In this document: positions 36,765 to 45,897 of the stretch, piece after piece
Numbering within the stretch: position 1 is the stretch's first letter
How the letters are laid out: every line of letters starts with the position of its first letter
Virus record (IMG/VR): IMGVR_UViG_3300035661_000074
Location: 1 to 57,654 of that record
Length of the DNA: 57,654 nucleotides
Strand: one strand, 5' to 3'
From: a virus
Taxonomy: Duplodnaviria; Caudoviricetes
The notes under the pieces: generated by a model
The model's database searches: none
The model's input: the letters and a program-made list of their open reading frames with translations, nothing else
What the model was told of the DNA's origin: nothing
Made by a program: the position numbers and the translations under genes

Positions 36765-36837
36765 CCCGACTTGGAGCGGCAAACATCTCGTCGATGCGGC
36801 GCGCTGCCGATTGAATGGATTGGTGCTGGTCGGTCAT
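36619..36837 (-). CDS. First gene of the leftward operon (hypothetical)
   Basis: Strong GAGGACGGAGA RBS; overlaps the + strand ORF convergently. Confidence 0.45.
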   Translation of the reverse strand: MTDQHQSIQSAARRIDEMFAAPSRAIREAEAKRAADDLVAWKALPAHRRMLAVVRRFGRGCLPLALRSWLGR

Positions 36838-36970
36838 CGTCTCCGTCCTCGTAGAAAGGCTGGGCGCATCGAGGGGAGTCGAGCACCCGGCAGTTGGAGG
36901 TCCACCAGAACGACGTGGGGAGACGCCGTGCCGGTCAGCTCGCCGTCGCATGAAGGCGGCGGGCTGTGCT

Positions 36971-37001
36971 AATTATTAGCATCGCTATTTGTTCGAGTCA
37001 A
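36971..37001 (-). promoter_or_regulatory. PL-like promoter with overlapping operator-like palindrome
   Basis: Minus strand reads TTGACT-N17-TAATAA(T). TAGC-atc-GCTA at 36977-36987 lies in the spacer. Confidence 0.6.
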
Positions 37002-37066
37002 CAGGATTAATGGTATTTTTTGCTACACTCAGCCAGCCCGAAAGACTTCAGACGAAGGAGCGAGAC

Positions 37067-37675
37067 ATGAACGATGACGTGAAACTGCCGAAAGCGGACT
37101 ACGTATATACCGAGGTCACGCCTATCGGCGAAGAGCCGCAGCCGCAGTTTTGCATTCAGCTACGCGGCCCGGATGACCAGGTTTGGAGGATCTACGAGGA
37201 CGGAAGATTCGAAGGTTTCCCAGAGGGTACGCGGAGCCACACTTACCCATCACCGACGTTCAATATGGCGCGCGCTCTAGCGTTCGGACCGGAAATTCCC
37301 GCCATAGACGAAACGAATAAGAGGGCGTTTCAGAAGGGGTGTCTGTTGGCAGAAATGCGAGTGAGATCGCTTCGAGAGAGCCTTAATCAGTTCTATGGAA
37401 GGTCAAGCCGAAGGCCGAAGAACGTCATTCCCGGCGAGCCGGACAGCGAGATGGTCATCACCATTCGCCGAACATTCCCAGACGGCCGAGAAATTTTGAC
37501 GTGCATCGAGAGCGGGGTAGCCGACCACGCCTATTGTGAGGCGCCCGGAAAGAGGCTGGGGGTTCAAATGCGAGCATGTACTCGACCCCTGACTGAAGTC
37601 GAAAGACTGCTTCAAGACCAGGAGACGATCTTCCCAGATGCGATGATTGATGACTATGTAGCGCCAGAAGAATAG
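37067..37675 (+). CDS. Moron-like hypothetical protein in the immunity region
   Basis: AAGGAG RBS; extended -10 TGcTACACT at 37021-37029; lower GC. Confidence 0.6.
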   Translation: MNDDVKLPKADYVYTEVTPIGEEPQPQFCIQLRGPDDQVWRIYEDGRFEGFPEGTRSHTYPSPTFNMARALAFGPEIPAIDETNKRAFQKGCLLAEMRVRSLRESLNQFYGRSSRRPKNVIPGEPDSEMVITIRRTFPDGREILTCIESGVADHAYCEAPGKRLGVQMRACTRPLTEVERLLQDQETIFPDAMIDDYVAPEE

Positions 37676-37960
37676 TCAACGCAGCGCGGTATCTCGGGGG
37701 GCCAACTCCGTTATAAATCCCTGCTCTCCTGAGCCTACAGTCGGTGTCGTAATTCGTAAAATGTTCGGGTCGTCGGATGGCAGTATTTGTTTTTTCAGCG
37801 TTAGCCGCGCCTCATCCGTTGATCCTTGAAGCCGCTCGATAGCTCTAAGGGAAACGATAAATTCTCCGCAGGTGTCGCAAGAAATGGCCAGTTCACGCTT
37901 AAAATTAGGTCGCGCGAAAACAATCGACTTTTCACTACAAAGCGGGCAGGACGCATCCAT
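37676..37960 (-). CDS. Zinc-ribbon hypothetical protein
   Basis: CPLC...CDTCGEF; low GC. Confidence 0.55.
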   Translation of the reverse strand: MDASCPLCSEKSIVFARPNFKRELAISCDTCGEFIVSLRAIERLQGSTDEARLTLKKQILPSDDPNILRITTPTVGSGEQGFITELAPRDTALR

Positions 37961-37962
37961 TG

Positions 37963-38208
37963 TCAGCCCTTCCACGCAGCCTGAAGAGCCCGAATCTGAT
38001 CTTGAAAGACCGCTATTGCCCGGCCCATTGCATCGCGCTGTAACGCTGGCAAATAAGCGTCTGTGGGATGCGAAACTTGAAAATGAAGAATTACGTATTC
38101 GGTTTCTGACTCAATATCCGGTGCGTCCCCAACCATCAGATCGATGGTCCAAGGCTCTCCCGGTTGCTCAGGTTCTAGGATTTGTGTTGATCGGATTTGC
38201 ATTGGCAT
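37963..38208 (-). CDS. Hypothetical protein
   Basis: 81 aa, downstream of the cI remnant; protein-like composition. Confidence 0.45.
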   Translation of the reverse strand: MPMQIRSTQILEPEQPGEPWTIDLMVGDAPDIESETEYVILHFQVSHPTDAYLPALQRDAMGRAIAVFQDQIRALQAAWKG

Positions 38209-38231
38209 GGTGGGCCTTCCGATAGATTGAT

Positions 38232-38384
38232 TTACCTGCTCGTGCAGGACGTCGAGCCAAGGGATGTTTGGCAGTAGATGGTTTCCTGGGTCACTCCTTT
38301 CTGCTTTTTCTTTCCCCATAGCGCGCGAAGGCGCATGGCGTCGGATTGCTCTTCTTCGGTCAGCACTCTGCGTCTCGTGGTCAT
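38232..38384 (-). pseudogene. cI: Truncated lambda-type CI repressor (N-terminal arm and helix 1 only)
   Basis: MTTRRRVLTEEEQSDAMRLRALWGKKKQKGVTQE parallels the lambda CI start [27 protein letters not shown]..GLSQE, then ends after unrelated residues; divergent from cro. Confidence 0.75.
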
Positions 38385-38395
38385 GAGAGGACGGT

Positions 38396-38460
38396 ATGAG
38401 CGCTGCTGAGGAGACTCAAACAGCGGTGCTGTTGATTTATTTAGCAGCATCGCATATAAA
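38396..38460 (+). promoter_or_regulatory. OR/PR region: operator-like AGC-N3-GCT sites and sigma70 promoter
   Basis: Perfect inverted repeat AACAGC-ggt-GCTGTT at 38419-38433 with weaker copies on each side. TTGATT (38432)-N17-TATAAA (38455) ends 6 nt before the cro ATG, so the mRNA is probably leaderless. Confidence 0.65.
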
Positions 38461-38466
38461 TCCCCA

Positions 38467-38694
38467 ATGGCTGAAGTTCTCGAACGGTACATGAAGGAAA
38501 ACGGCATCTCTCAAGTCGAGATGGCGCAAATGCTTGGCGTTCATCAAAGCCTGATTAGTCAATGGGTTAATAAAACCAGACCCATTGCTCCGATCAAGGC
38601 AAAGGACATCGAGGAAGCGACGGGCGGAAAGATAAAGCGCCATCAGCTTCGCCCCGACATCTTCGATGCGCCCAAGGGTGGGCGTGCCGCATGA
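38467..38694 (+). CDS. cro: Cro-like HTH regulator (YdaS family)
   Basis: SQVEMAQMLGVHQSLISQWV...IEEATGG....LRPDIF. Confidence 0.88.
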   Translation: MAEVLERYMKENGISQVEMAQMLGVHQSLISQWVNKTRPIAPIKAKDIEEATGGKIKRHQLRPDIFDAPKGGRAA

Positions 38695-38895
38695 GCTTGC
38701 TCGGGACCGAAACATTTTGAGCGCATCACGCTTCCCCTGGCTGGCGCGCGCCGACGCAATGCCCGTCGAGAAGGGTAACGCTATGACCGGCGAGCACGCT
38801 GCCTCACGCGATTGCTGGTGCCAGCCGCGGGTGACATATACAGATCCTGTGACCGGCAACAGCGTGGTCGTGCACAACGAGCGGAGGCCGGTGCA

Positions 38896-39093
38896 TTGAA
38901 CGTCAAGCCCGGCCAAACATGGATGTGCCAGGAATCACGCGCGAAATGCAAAGTGATGGCGGTAGTCAGGGGTTGGGTCATGTTTCGTCGAGAAACACAC
39001 CACAAGCCCGACGTCGTGCACTGGCGGCATTTCGAACAACTCTTCGTGCCCTACGAACCACCGCCGCAAGACGACTACAGGCTTGCCGTATGA
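38896..39093 (+). CDS. Hypothetical protein
   Basis: TTG start after GGAGG; KPGQTW..KVMAVVRGWVMFRR motif. Confidence 0.5.
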   Translation: MNVKPGQTWMCQESRAKCKVMAVVRGWVMFRRETHHKPDVVHWRHFEQLFVPYEPPPQDDYRLAV

Positions 39094-39486
39094 CACAGCA
39101 ATCAACCAACCGCGCCGCTGCACGCCGTGACATGACGGCGCGGGTAAGGCACTGGGCCGGGCCGGTGGTGGTGAATAGCCCGAGCACAATCAATGGACGC
39201 TGCGGTGTGGAGAGGACTGGGAGAACCCGGTCGCGCGGACACACAACCGGATGGATTGACCCTGGCGCGGGACACCGAAATGGCGAGCCTGCAAGCGGAT
39301 TCGCAAGCCACAGGAACCACCATCTGCATAGAGCCGGGTTAGCGTCCGGCCAGCGTTCTCTTTTTTTCTTCGCTTTCACGCGGCACACAGGGACCCAGCA
39401 ATCACCGTACAGCGGGCCCGCGGCGTACTCAGTGCGTCACGACACAGAGAGCGGTGTCGTCGGTATGAGACCTCAGTCCCCAACAA

Positions 39487-39541
39487 CCACGGCTAGGGTA
39501 GCTCCCGAAATAAGCGGTTTCTCCGTGCCGCTTCGCCGTGG
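39487..39541 (+). ncRNA. c4/CI-like structured (cloverleaf-type) RNA upstream of the replication gene
   Basis: Closing stem CCACGGC/GCCGTGG encloses the hairpins GGG-tagct-CCC and AAGCGG-tttctccgtg-CCGCTT. The second loop is complementary to downstream CACGGA and CGGAGA (the RBS). Confidence 0.55.
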
Positions 39542-39571
39542 GTTCTTCACACGGAAAATCGGAGACGTTCA

Positions 39572-40225
39572 ATGAATCATCCCCCGCTACTCGCGTCCGA
39601 CGTCGACTTGCGCGACTTCCCGTTCATGTTGCTCGACGTGCGCACGCTGCTGTCGTCCGACACGTGGATTGAGGCTTCCGAAGATCCGCGCCTGGGTCAC
39701 GCTCTGATGAGCCTGTGGTGCGAGTCATGGCACCAAGTACCCGCAGGCAGCTTGCCATCTTCAGACAAGGTTTTGTGCCGCCTGTCGATGTGCAATTCAT
39801 CCAAGGAATGGGAGCGCATTCGTGAGCGCGTCCTGAGCTGTTTCGTGTTGTGCACCGATGGCCGTTACTACCATCCCGTGGTCTGCGAAAAAGCACTTGA
39901 AGCATGGGTCAAGCGAACCACATCCAGTCGCAGGGGCAAAGCGGGTGCCAATGCTCGTTGGAAGCGCGAGCAATCATCAAGCAATGGCACAAGCAATGGC
40001 ACAAGCATGGAACAAGTATCGAATGAGCAAAGCTCGTGCACGGTTCTTCCATTGCTTGCCGATAGCAAGGGAGAGGGAAAGGGAGAGATTCCTAGCCAAG
40101 AGAGGGATATCCAGGGATTACAGGGCGATCCTCCCCCGCGTATGCGTGCGCACGTGAGCGCGCGGGAAGCCGCCACCCCTCCCCAAACGGGTGTAGACCC
40201 CCTGTCGGGGGTGGCCCATGGCTAG
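39572..40225 (+). CDS. DUF1376/YdaU-family replication initiation protein
   Basis: DLRDFPFMLLDV..L..SD.W...LWCESWHQVPAGSLP..D..L....C.DGRYYHPVVCEKALEAW. Confidence 0.85.
   Translation: MNHPPLLASDVDLRDFPFMLLDVRTLLSSDTWIEASEDPRLGHALMSLWCESWHQVPAGSLPSSDKVLCRLSMCNSSKEWERIRERVLSCFVLCTDGRYYHPVVCEKALEAWVKRTTSSRRGKAGANARWKREQSSSNGTSNGTSMEQVSNEQSSCTVLPLLADSKGEGKGEIPSQERDIQGLQGDPPPRMRAHVSAREAATPPQTGVDPLSGVAHG
39978..40058. repeat. Iteron-like repeats (putative origin) inside the replication gene
   Basis: CAAGCAATGGCA twice in tandem, two degenerate copies, and an inverted copy CCATTGCTTG at 40049-40058. Confidence 0.6.
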
Positions 40226-41192
40226 GTTGCTGTCCGCTGACGTGCATCGAGCCTTGGCCGGCCAATGGCGAGATGCCCTGTGCGGCGTCGGGGTTGACGA
40301 ATCATGCCTCGTGAATCGCCACGGGCCCTGCCCCATCTGCGGTGGCAAGGACCGATTCCGGTTCGACGACAAGGACCGTCGCGGTACGTGGATTTGCAAC
40401 CAGTGCGGCGCCGGGGATGGTTTCTCCCTGGCGCAAAAGGTCAACGGCTGGACTTTCCCTGAAACCCTGAATGCCCTGGCTGGCTACCTCGGCTTCGATG
40501 GCCGTGCCGTCGACCGCAAAGCATCGCCACCACCGAAGCCCCGCCCCGTCGAGAAGGCTGTCGCGACGCAACGGGTCAAGGACTTGCTATCGACGGTGAC
40601 AACGCCCGATCTCGTGGCGGATTGTGTCGCCTACCTCAGCGCTCGCAACGTCTGGCCGTTGCCTGCTGACTGCCGGCTGTACGCCCACGTCGGCGTCGAA
40701 TACCGCCGCCAGTCGGAGGGCAAATCGTGGGTCAGCGAGGGGCGTTTCCCGTGTCTCGTTGCGCCGGTCCAGGACGTTTCTGGCGAGACTGTCACCGCGC
40801 ATGTGACGTACCTCGAAGGCGGCGCAAAGCTCGCGCGTCGAGACCACGCCGACCATCCCATGGCTGCGAGAAAGATCCTCTCGCCGATGACGGGTCGGCA
40901 GGGTTGCGCAGTGCGACTCATGCGGGCCGGCGAAGTACTCGGCATCGCCGAAGGCATCGAGACAGCGCTATCCGCGCATCGCATTCACGGCATACCGACG
41001 TGGGCGGCGCTCAACACCACGTTGCTCGCAAAGTTCGTGCCGCCCCCAGGTGTGCGCCACGTCGTCGTGTTTGCAGACCGAGACGTGGCTGGCATGGAAG
41101 CGGCGTGGCAATTGCGTGACCAACTCGATGGCCGCTGCACGATGGAGCTGGCATTACCCGAGCGTGGCGATTGGAACGAGGTAGCATCATGA
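40218..41192 (+). CDS. Primase: zinc-binding domain plus Toprim
   Basis: HGPCPICGGKDRFRFDD..G.WICNQCGAGDG; IAEGIETALS; VFADRD; DWNE. Confidence 0.9.
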   Translation: MARLLSADVHRALAGQWRDALCGVGVDESCLVNRHGPCPICGGKDRFRFDDKDRRGTWICNQCGAGDGFSLAQKVNGWTFPETLNALAGYLGFDGRAVDRKASPPPKPRPVEKAVATQRVKDLLSTVTTPDLVADCVAYLSARNVWPLPADCRLYAHVGVEYRRQSEGKSWVSEGRFPCLVAPVQDVSGETVTAHVTYLEGGAKLARRDHADHPMAARKILSPMTGRQGCAVRLMRAGEVLGIAEGIETALSAHRIHGIPTWAALNTTLLAKFVPPPGVRHVVVFADRDVAGMEAAWQLRDQLDGRCTMELALPERGDWNEVAS

Positions 41193-42736
41193 GCGATCTT
41201 TTCGGCCACGTTCACAACGCCATCGTGCTGCGCGACTACCAGAGCCATGGCGTCGTCATGCTCGATGCCTCTGTTGCGAGGGGCGCCAAGAGACCGCTGT
41301 ATGTCGCGCCTACTGGTGCCGGTAAAACGACCATTGCGGCAGCGCTCATCAAGCGCGAGATCGATGATGGCGGACGCGCATTGTTCCTGGCGCCGCGTCG
41401 GGAGCTCGTGTACCAAGCCAGCAATCGCTTGCGTGGTGCCGGCATTCCGCACGGCGTGATGATGTCGGCCTCCGAGCACCTTGAAGCGATTGGACAGCCC
41501 GTCCAGGTGGCCAGCATCGATACCCTCATTTCGCGGCTCTTCCGGCAGCACGCGAAACTGGAACTCGGCGACTTCACGCTGGTGCTGGTGGATGAAGCCC
41601 ATTTGGCGATCACCGAGCGCCGCCAAGACCTGCTATCGCATTGGCCGAATGCGCTTGTCGTCGGTCTGACGGCGACGCCGATCCGCAAGGATGGTCGGGC
41701 GCTCGGGATCTTGTTCGACGACCTCGTGCAGCCGACGAGTGTTAGAGAGCTGACTGACATGGGTTATCTCGTCAAAGCGCGCTATTACTCGCTATCGAAG
41801 CTTGACCTTGAGCGCGTCCGCACAGTGGCTGGCGATTACAACGCGAAGGATCTCGATGTTGCGGTCAACAAGTCCGAACTCGTCGGCGACATCGTCCAGC
41901 ACTGGATGGAGCTCGCTGCGAATCGGCGCACGGTGGTCTTCTGTACCAGCATCAAGCACTCTGTTGCGGTCTGTGAAGAATTCCTGCGCAATGGCGTGGC
42001 CGCAGAGCACGTCGATGCGAACACGCCGAACGACGAACGCGAGGACATCTTCGCGCGCTTCACGAGTGGCAAGACGCAGATCCTGACGAATTGCTTTCTC
42101 GCCTCCTACGGATTCGATCTCCCCGCGCTGTCCTGCGTCGTGCTGGCCCGCCCCACCAAGAGCGTGATGCTCTACCTGCAGATGATTGGTCGAGGGTTGC
42201 GTCCCGCCGATGGAAAGGACGACTGCCTCGTGCTCGACCATTCGGGGTGCGTTCACATGCACGGCTTTGTCGATCAAGACCGCGAATGGTCGCTCGACGG
42301 TGCCTATACCTTCGGCGACAAAAAGACCAGCGAGGGCGGTAGTGAGCGGCGCGAGGTCAAGCCCATTGAGTGCCCCGAGTGTCATTCGTTGTTCTCGAAA
42401 TCTCCCGTCTGTCCTGAGTGCGGTTATCGACTGAAGACTATCGGCCAGAACATCGAAACCATGGACGGCCGCCTCGTCGAAATTGGCACTGGCTTCGAAG
42501 TTACTAAGCCTATGGGCAACCCGAAATTCTACCGCGAGCTGAAAGGCATGGCCGAAGAGCGTGGTTACAAGCCCGGCTGGGCATCGGTGAACTACAAGGA
42601 AAAATTCGGCGACTGGCCACCGCGTGATTGGAACGGCCTTTCGGCGCTTTCTCCGTCGAATGAAACTCGACGCTGGATTAAGGCCAAGTTCATCGCGTGG
42701 AAGCGATCGCAAACGCAAGTGGAGGCGCGCGCATGA
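41189..42736 (+). CDS. SF2 DEAH-box helicase (YejH/RadD-like)
   Basis: PTGAGKT, DEAH, TATP and QMIGRGLR motifs; C-terminal CPEC..CPECG. Confidence 0.92.
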   Translation: MSDLFGHVHNAIVLRDYQSHGVVMLDASVARGAKRPLYVAPTGAGKTTIAAALIKREIDDGGRALFLAPRRELVYQASNRLRGAGIPHGVMMSASEHLEAIGQPVQVASIDTLISRLFRQHAKLELGDFTLVLVDEAHLAITERRQDLLSHWPNALVVGLTATPIRKDGRALGILFDDLVQPTSVRELTDMGYLVKARYYSLSKLDLERVRTVAGDYNAKDLDVAVNKSELVGDIVQHWMELAANRRTVVFCTSIKHSVAVCEEFLRNGVAAEHVDANTPNDEREDIFARFTSGKTQILTNCFLASYGFDLPALSCVVLARPTKSVMLYLQMIGRGLRPADGKDDCLVLDHSGCVHMHGFVDQDREWSLDGAYTFGDKKTSEGGSERREVKPIECPECHSLFSKSPVCPECGYRLKTIGQNIETMDGRLVEIGTGFEVTKPMGNPKFYRELKGMAEERGYKPGWASVNYKEKFGDWPPRDWNGLSALSPSNETRRWIKAKFIAWKRSQTQVEARA

Positions 42737-43278
42737 CGCTCCCCGCCGGCCCTTTCGAGATCATTTACTCGGACCCGCCCTGGCAATTCCGCGACAAAGC
42801 CAGCGCCGGCAAGCGCGGCGCATGCCACAAGTACGACGTGATGTCGCTCGCCGACATCTGCGCGCTTCCCATTCCGCAGATTGCCGCGAAGGATTGCTTG
42901 CTTGCGATGTGGCACGTCGCGCCGATGCCGATTGAAGCACTGACCGTTATCACGGCATGGGGCTTTAAGCTCAAGACGATGAAGGGTTTCACGTGGAGCA
43001 AAAAGACGGTGCACGGCAAGGTGCATTTTGGGATGGGAAATTGGACTCGCGCGAATTCCGAAGATTGCTTATTCGCTGTGCGCGGCCATCCGAAGCGCGC
43101 ATCCGCTGCTGTTTCTCAACTCATCGAGGCTGTAGTCCGTGAGCATTCGCGCAAGCCCGACGAAGCGCGTGACAGGCTCGTGCAACTCATGGGCGATGTC
43201 CCGCGCATCGAATTGTTTGCTCGCGCCTCGTCACCGGGCTGGATGGCATGGGGCGACGAGTTGGAGGCTGCTGCGTGA
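42733..43278 (+). CDS. MT-A70-family DNA adenine methyltransferase
   Basis: DPPW, WGFK.KT..FTW.K, GMGNWTRANSE, HSRKP and RIELFAR. Confidence 0.92.
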   Translation: MTLPAGPFEIIYSDPPWQFRDKASAGKRGACHKYDVMSLADICALPIPQIAAKDCLLAMWHVAPMPIEALTVITAWGFKLKTMKGFTWSKKTVHGKVHFGMGNWTRANSEDCLFAVRGHPKRASAAVSQLIEAVVREHSRKPDEARDRLVQLMGDVPRIELFARASSPGWMAWGDELEAAA

Positions 43279-43571
43279 CCGAAAAGCCCGACGTCTTCAA
43301 CAACAACCGTGCGCGCTTTGAAGCCTTTCACGAAGCGCATCCACAGGTTTACGCCGAGCTGAAGCGGCTTGCGCTCGCAATGAAGAAGCGCGGCTTTACT
43401 AGCTATTCGATCGTCACGCTCTATGGTGTCGCGCGGTATCGGCTCAGCCTCGAAAGCGGCGAAGAATACAAGCTCAACAATAACCATTCACCGCACTACG
43501 CGCGCCTACTCATGGACCGCGAACCCGAGTTGCGTGGCTTTTTCGAAACCAGGGAGATCCGGGCAGCATGA
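43275..43571 (+). CDS. Conserved hypothetical phage protein
   Basis: F.AFH..HPQVY...YKLNNNH.P.YARL.M...P...GFFETR. Confidence 0.7.
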   Translation: MTEKPDVFNNNRARFEAFHEAHPQVYAELKRLALAMKKRGFTSYSIVTLYGVARYRLSLESGEEYKLNNNHSPHYARLLMDREPELRGFFETREIRAA

Positions 43572-44530
43572 GCGACCGCGACGACATCCGTAACTTCCTG
43601 GCCGACAAACCGGAAAAGGTCTTCGACCGCATCGACGTCATCACCGAATTCGCGCACGTCAGCCCTGCATCGGTCGATGCCGCGCTGTCCTGGCTGGCTA
43701 AGCAAAAGCACATCACGAAAGTGGGTCGCGCGAAGTATCAGCACAATCCCGATGGCGTTGTGCGCACACCTGGCGGACAGCCGCAGCCACCGAAGGCAGC
43801 GCCAACGAAGCCCGCATGGCTCGCCGAAGGGCTGGCGCCGTTTCAGCGCGTGCGCTTGTTCCTCGAAGCCAATGGCCCGACCAAACGACAGACCCTCGCG
43901 ACGATGATCGCGAACTTCGGCATGGACTCGCTCAAGCGCCTCTCGTCGATGTGTGAAGAGGGCATGATTCACGGCGGCGATGATGACCGTATTCATCTTG
44001 GGCCGAGCCCGAAGATACCGAAGGTCAGCAGGCATTGGGACCCGCGTCGTGAGCGGCCTTTGCCGCCAGCAAAAAATATACCCGTAGAAGCAGAAGCTAA
44101 GCGCGAAGCCTCGGCCGAGGCCGCATCGGAAGTGCAGGAGACGGTTGCAACGTCGCCCCTTGCCGCTGACAAGTCCGACGTGAGCGCTGCCAGTGAAAGT
44201 CCGGCGCCTGTAATTGTGCAGGCACCGGCAACCATCGAACACCCGGAGGAAGTCATGATCGCCACCGTCACCAAGCTGCACGCGCAGCCCGAAGTCGCAC
44301 AGCAAGAGTCGCAAGCCAAAGTCGCCGATGAAGTCATGAGCGGCGTCGAAAAGGTCGAGAACGAATTTGGCGGTGGTGGTGGCGGCATTTCTCTCGACGA
44401 CCGCATGGTCATTTTCAGTCTCAAGACCGACGAACTGAGTATCGACATCGATGGCGATGATGAGCGCGCCTTGACTGCCATTCGCGCGGTGCTGGCCTCG
44501 TTGACGCTGTCGAAGACCAGTGCTCAGTGA
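43568..44530 (+). CDS. Hypothetical protein with winged-helix-like N-terminus
   Basis: Coupled ORF; SVDAALSWLAKQKHITKVGRAKYQ. Confidence 0.6.
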   Translation: MSDRDDIRNFLADKPEKVFDRIDVITEFAHVSPASVDAALSWLAKQKHITKVGRAKYQHNPDGVVRTPGGQPQPPKAAPTKPAWLAEGLAPFQRVRLFLEANGPTKRQTLATMIANFGMDSLKRLSSMCEEGMIHGGDDDRIHLGPSPKIPKVSRHWDPRRERPLPPAKNIPVEAEAKREASAEAASEVQETVATSPLAADKSDVSAASESPAPVIVQAPATIEHPEEVMIATVTKLHAQPEVAQQESQAKVADEVMSGVEKVENEFGGGGGGISLDDRMVIFSLKTDELSIDIDGDDERALTAIRAVLASLTLSKTSAQ

Positions 44531-44703
44531 AGACGAGCCTCTACTGTTCTGGAAGGCCCTCGCGAATGACTGCCACACCGCATTGCCGTATCGCATCTGG
44601 TGCGCGCGCGACCTCGGCCAAGCGCGGTGCAGCGTTTACCACCTTGGCCGTTTCATCGGCCGCGCTGAGACGCTGAAAGAAGCGAAGGCTATCGCCCTTG
44701 AGC

Positions 44704-45114
44704 ATGCAAAACAAAACACTGGTGATGTGGGACGAGGAAGCGCGCGACCAGGTGCTGCGGTTCCTGTCGAAACTGCCCCTCAACCCGCTAAAGCCAACGG
44801 TTATCGAGGTAAGGCCTTACGAAGAGGCGCCAAGCGATGACCAGCGCGGCTATTACCAGACCGTCGTTCTCAATCATCTGTGCGACCACACCGGCTATCG
44901 CAAACACGAGATGCACGAATTCCTACGGCAAGAGTTCGGGCCGAAAGCGCATATCGAAGTGGGCCGCATCAAGCGCGATGTCTCGACGTTCACCACCAGC
45001 AACAAGGGCAGCATGAAACTCATGGCAGTATTTCTCGACATCGTCATTGCGTTTGCGCGCGATGAGTTGGGCGTTATTATTCCGCCGCCAACGACGCAGG
45101 AAGAGCGGGCGTGA
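44704..45114 (+). CDS. ninB: NinB-like recombination protein
   Basis: P.VIEVRPYE..S.DQ..YY..V...L...TG....MHE.L...F....M..FLD.V.AFA..ELGV. Confidence 0.6.
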   Translation: MQNKTLVMWDEEARDQVLRFLSKLPLNPLKPTVIEVRPYEEAPSDDQRGYYQTVVLNHLCDHTGYRKHEMHEFLRQEFGPKAHIEVGRIKRDVSTFTTSNKGSMKLMAVFLDIVIAFARDELGVIIPPPTTQEERA

Positions 45115-45409
45115 GTGACGAACAGGTGTTTTTCGTGATGTTTGGGATAGTTATCTGCGTTGCCATGTACGTAACGCACGAGGCGTGGCCGGCGGTTGCG
45201 CCGCTACTGATATTTGCCTTATGACCGACGCCGAAGCCCTGGCCATCCTCGACCTGTTGCCGGCAGAGGAACGCGAAGCTGCGCTCGCGCTGGTGCTGGC
45301 CGCATTCGCCGAGTAGCGCCGAGACCAAGGTGACCTCATGGCCATCCATCGCGTGCGTGACTATGCGCTGGCCATCTGCCAGTCCCGCAAGATTGGGGTT
45401 GCTGCCTAA

Positions 45410-45892
45410 ATGGCTACCGTCTTCGACCGCAAGCCAGGACCGCGCCGCTTCAGCACGAAGCAGGACGCGTTCCGCATGGCTGTCGCTATCAAATGGTGCT
45501 TGCAGTGCCAGAAGCCGGCCGGCGTCGATAAGGGCTCGAAGGGCATGTACTGCGCGTGCGGCAACAAGGCGCAGCACTTCCACAGCACAGGCGAGTTCAA
45601 GCACTACACGCATCTGCACATGCTCCAAACGTGCGGCGAAATATCCCGTCTGCAATTGCAGCCCCGCTTCCCGATGTTCTTCAACTTCATCAACGGCACG
45701 CCTGTTATCTCGCCTGTCGGTGAATGGAAATGGGGCACATACGTCGGAGATTTTCTGTACTTCGATAAAGCCGGTGTGCAGCAAGTCGTCGACTTCAAAG
45801 GCCATAAAGACCACCAAGACCGCACTTCTCAGAAGCTCCGCGAAGCTGCAGAGCATTGCTATCAATTCAAAGTCAATATCGTCACGAGATAA
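45410..45892 (+). CDS. DUF1064-like PD-(D/E)xK endonuclease
   Basis: FHS..E...Y..L..L...GEI..LQLQPRF...YVGDFLY......VVDFKG. Confidence 0.75.
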   Translation: MATVFDRKPGPRRFSTKQDAFRMAVAIKWCLQCQKPAGVDKGSKGMYCACGNKAQHFHSTGEFKHYTHLHMLQTCGEISRLQLQPRFPMFFNFINGTPVISPVGEWKWGTYVGDFLYFDKAGVQQVVDFKGHKDHQDRTSQKLREAAEHCYQFKVNIVTR

Positions 45893-45897
45893 TCACG

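Noticed and set aside
38919-39575. 218-aa ORF between cro and the replication gene
   Set aside because: Arg/Gly-rich, non-protein-like, and crosses terminator-like and RNA structures.
44520-44840. 106-aa ORF before ninB
   Set aside because: The first half is plausible, but it overlaps ninB by about 135 nt and the start is unclear; not enough support to call.
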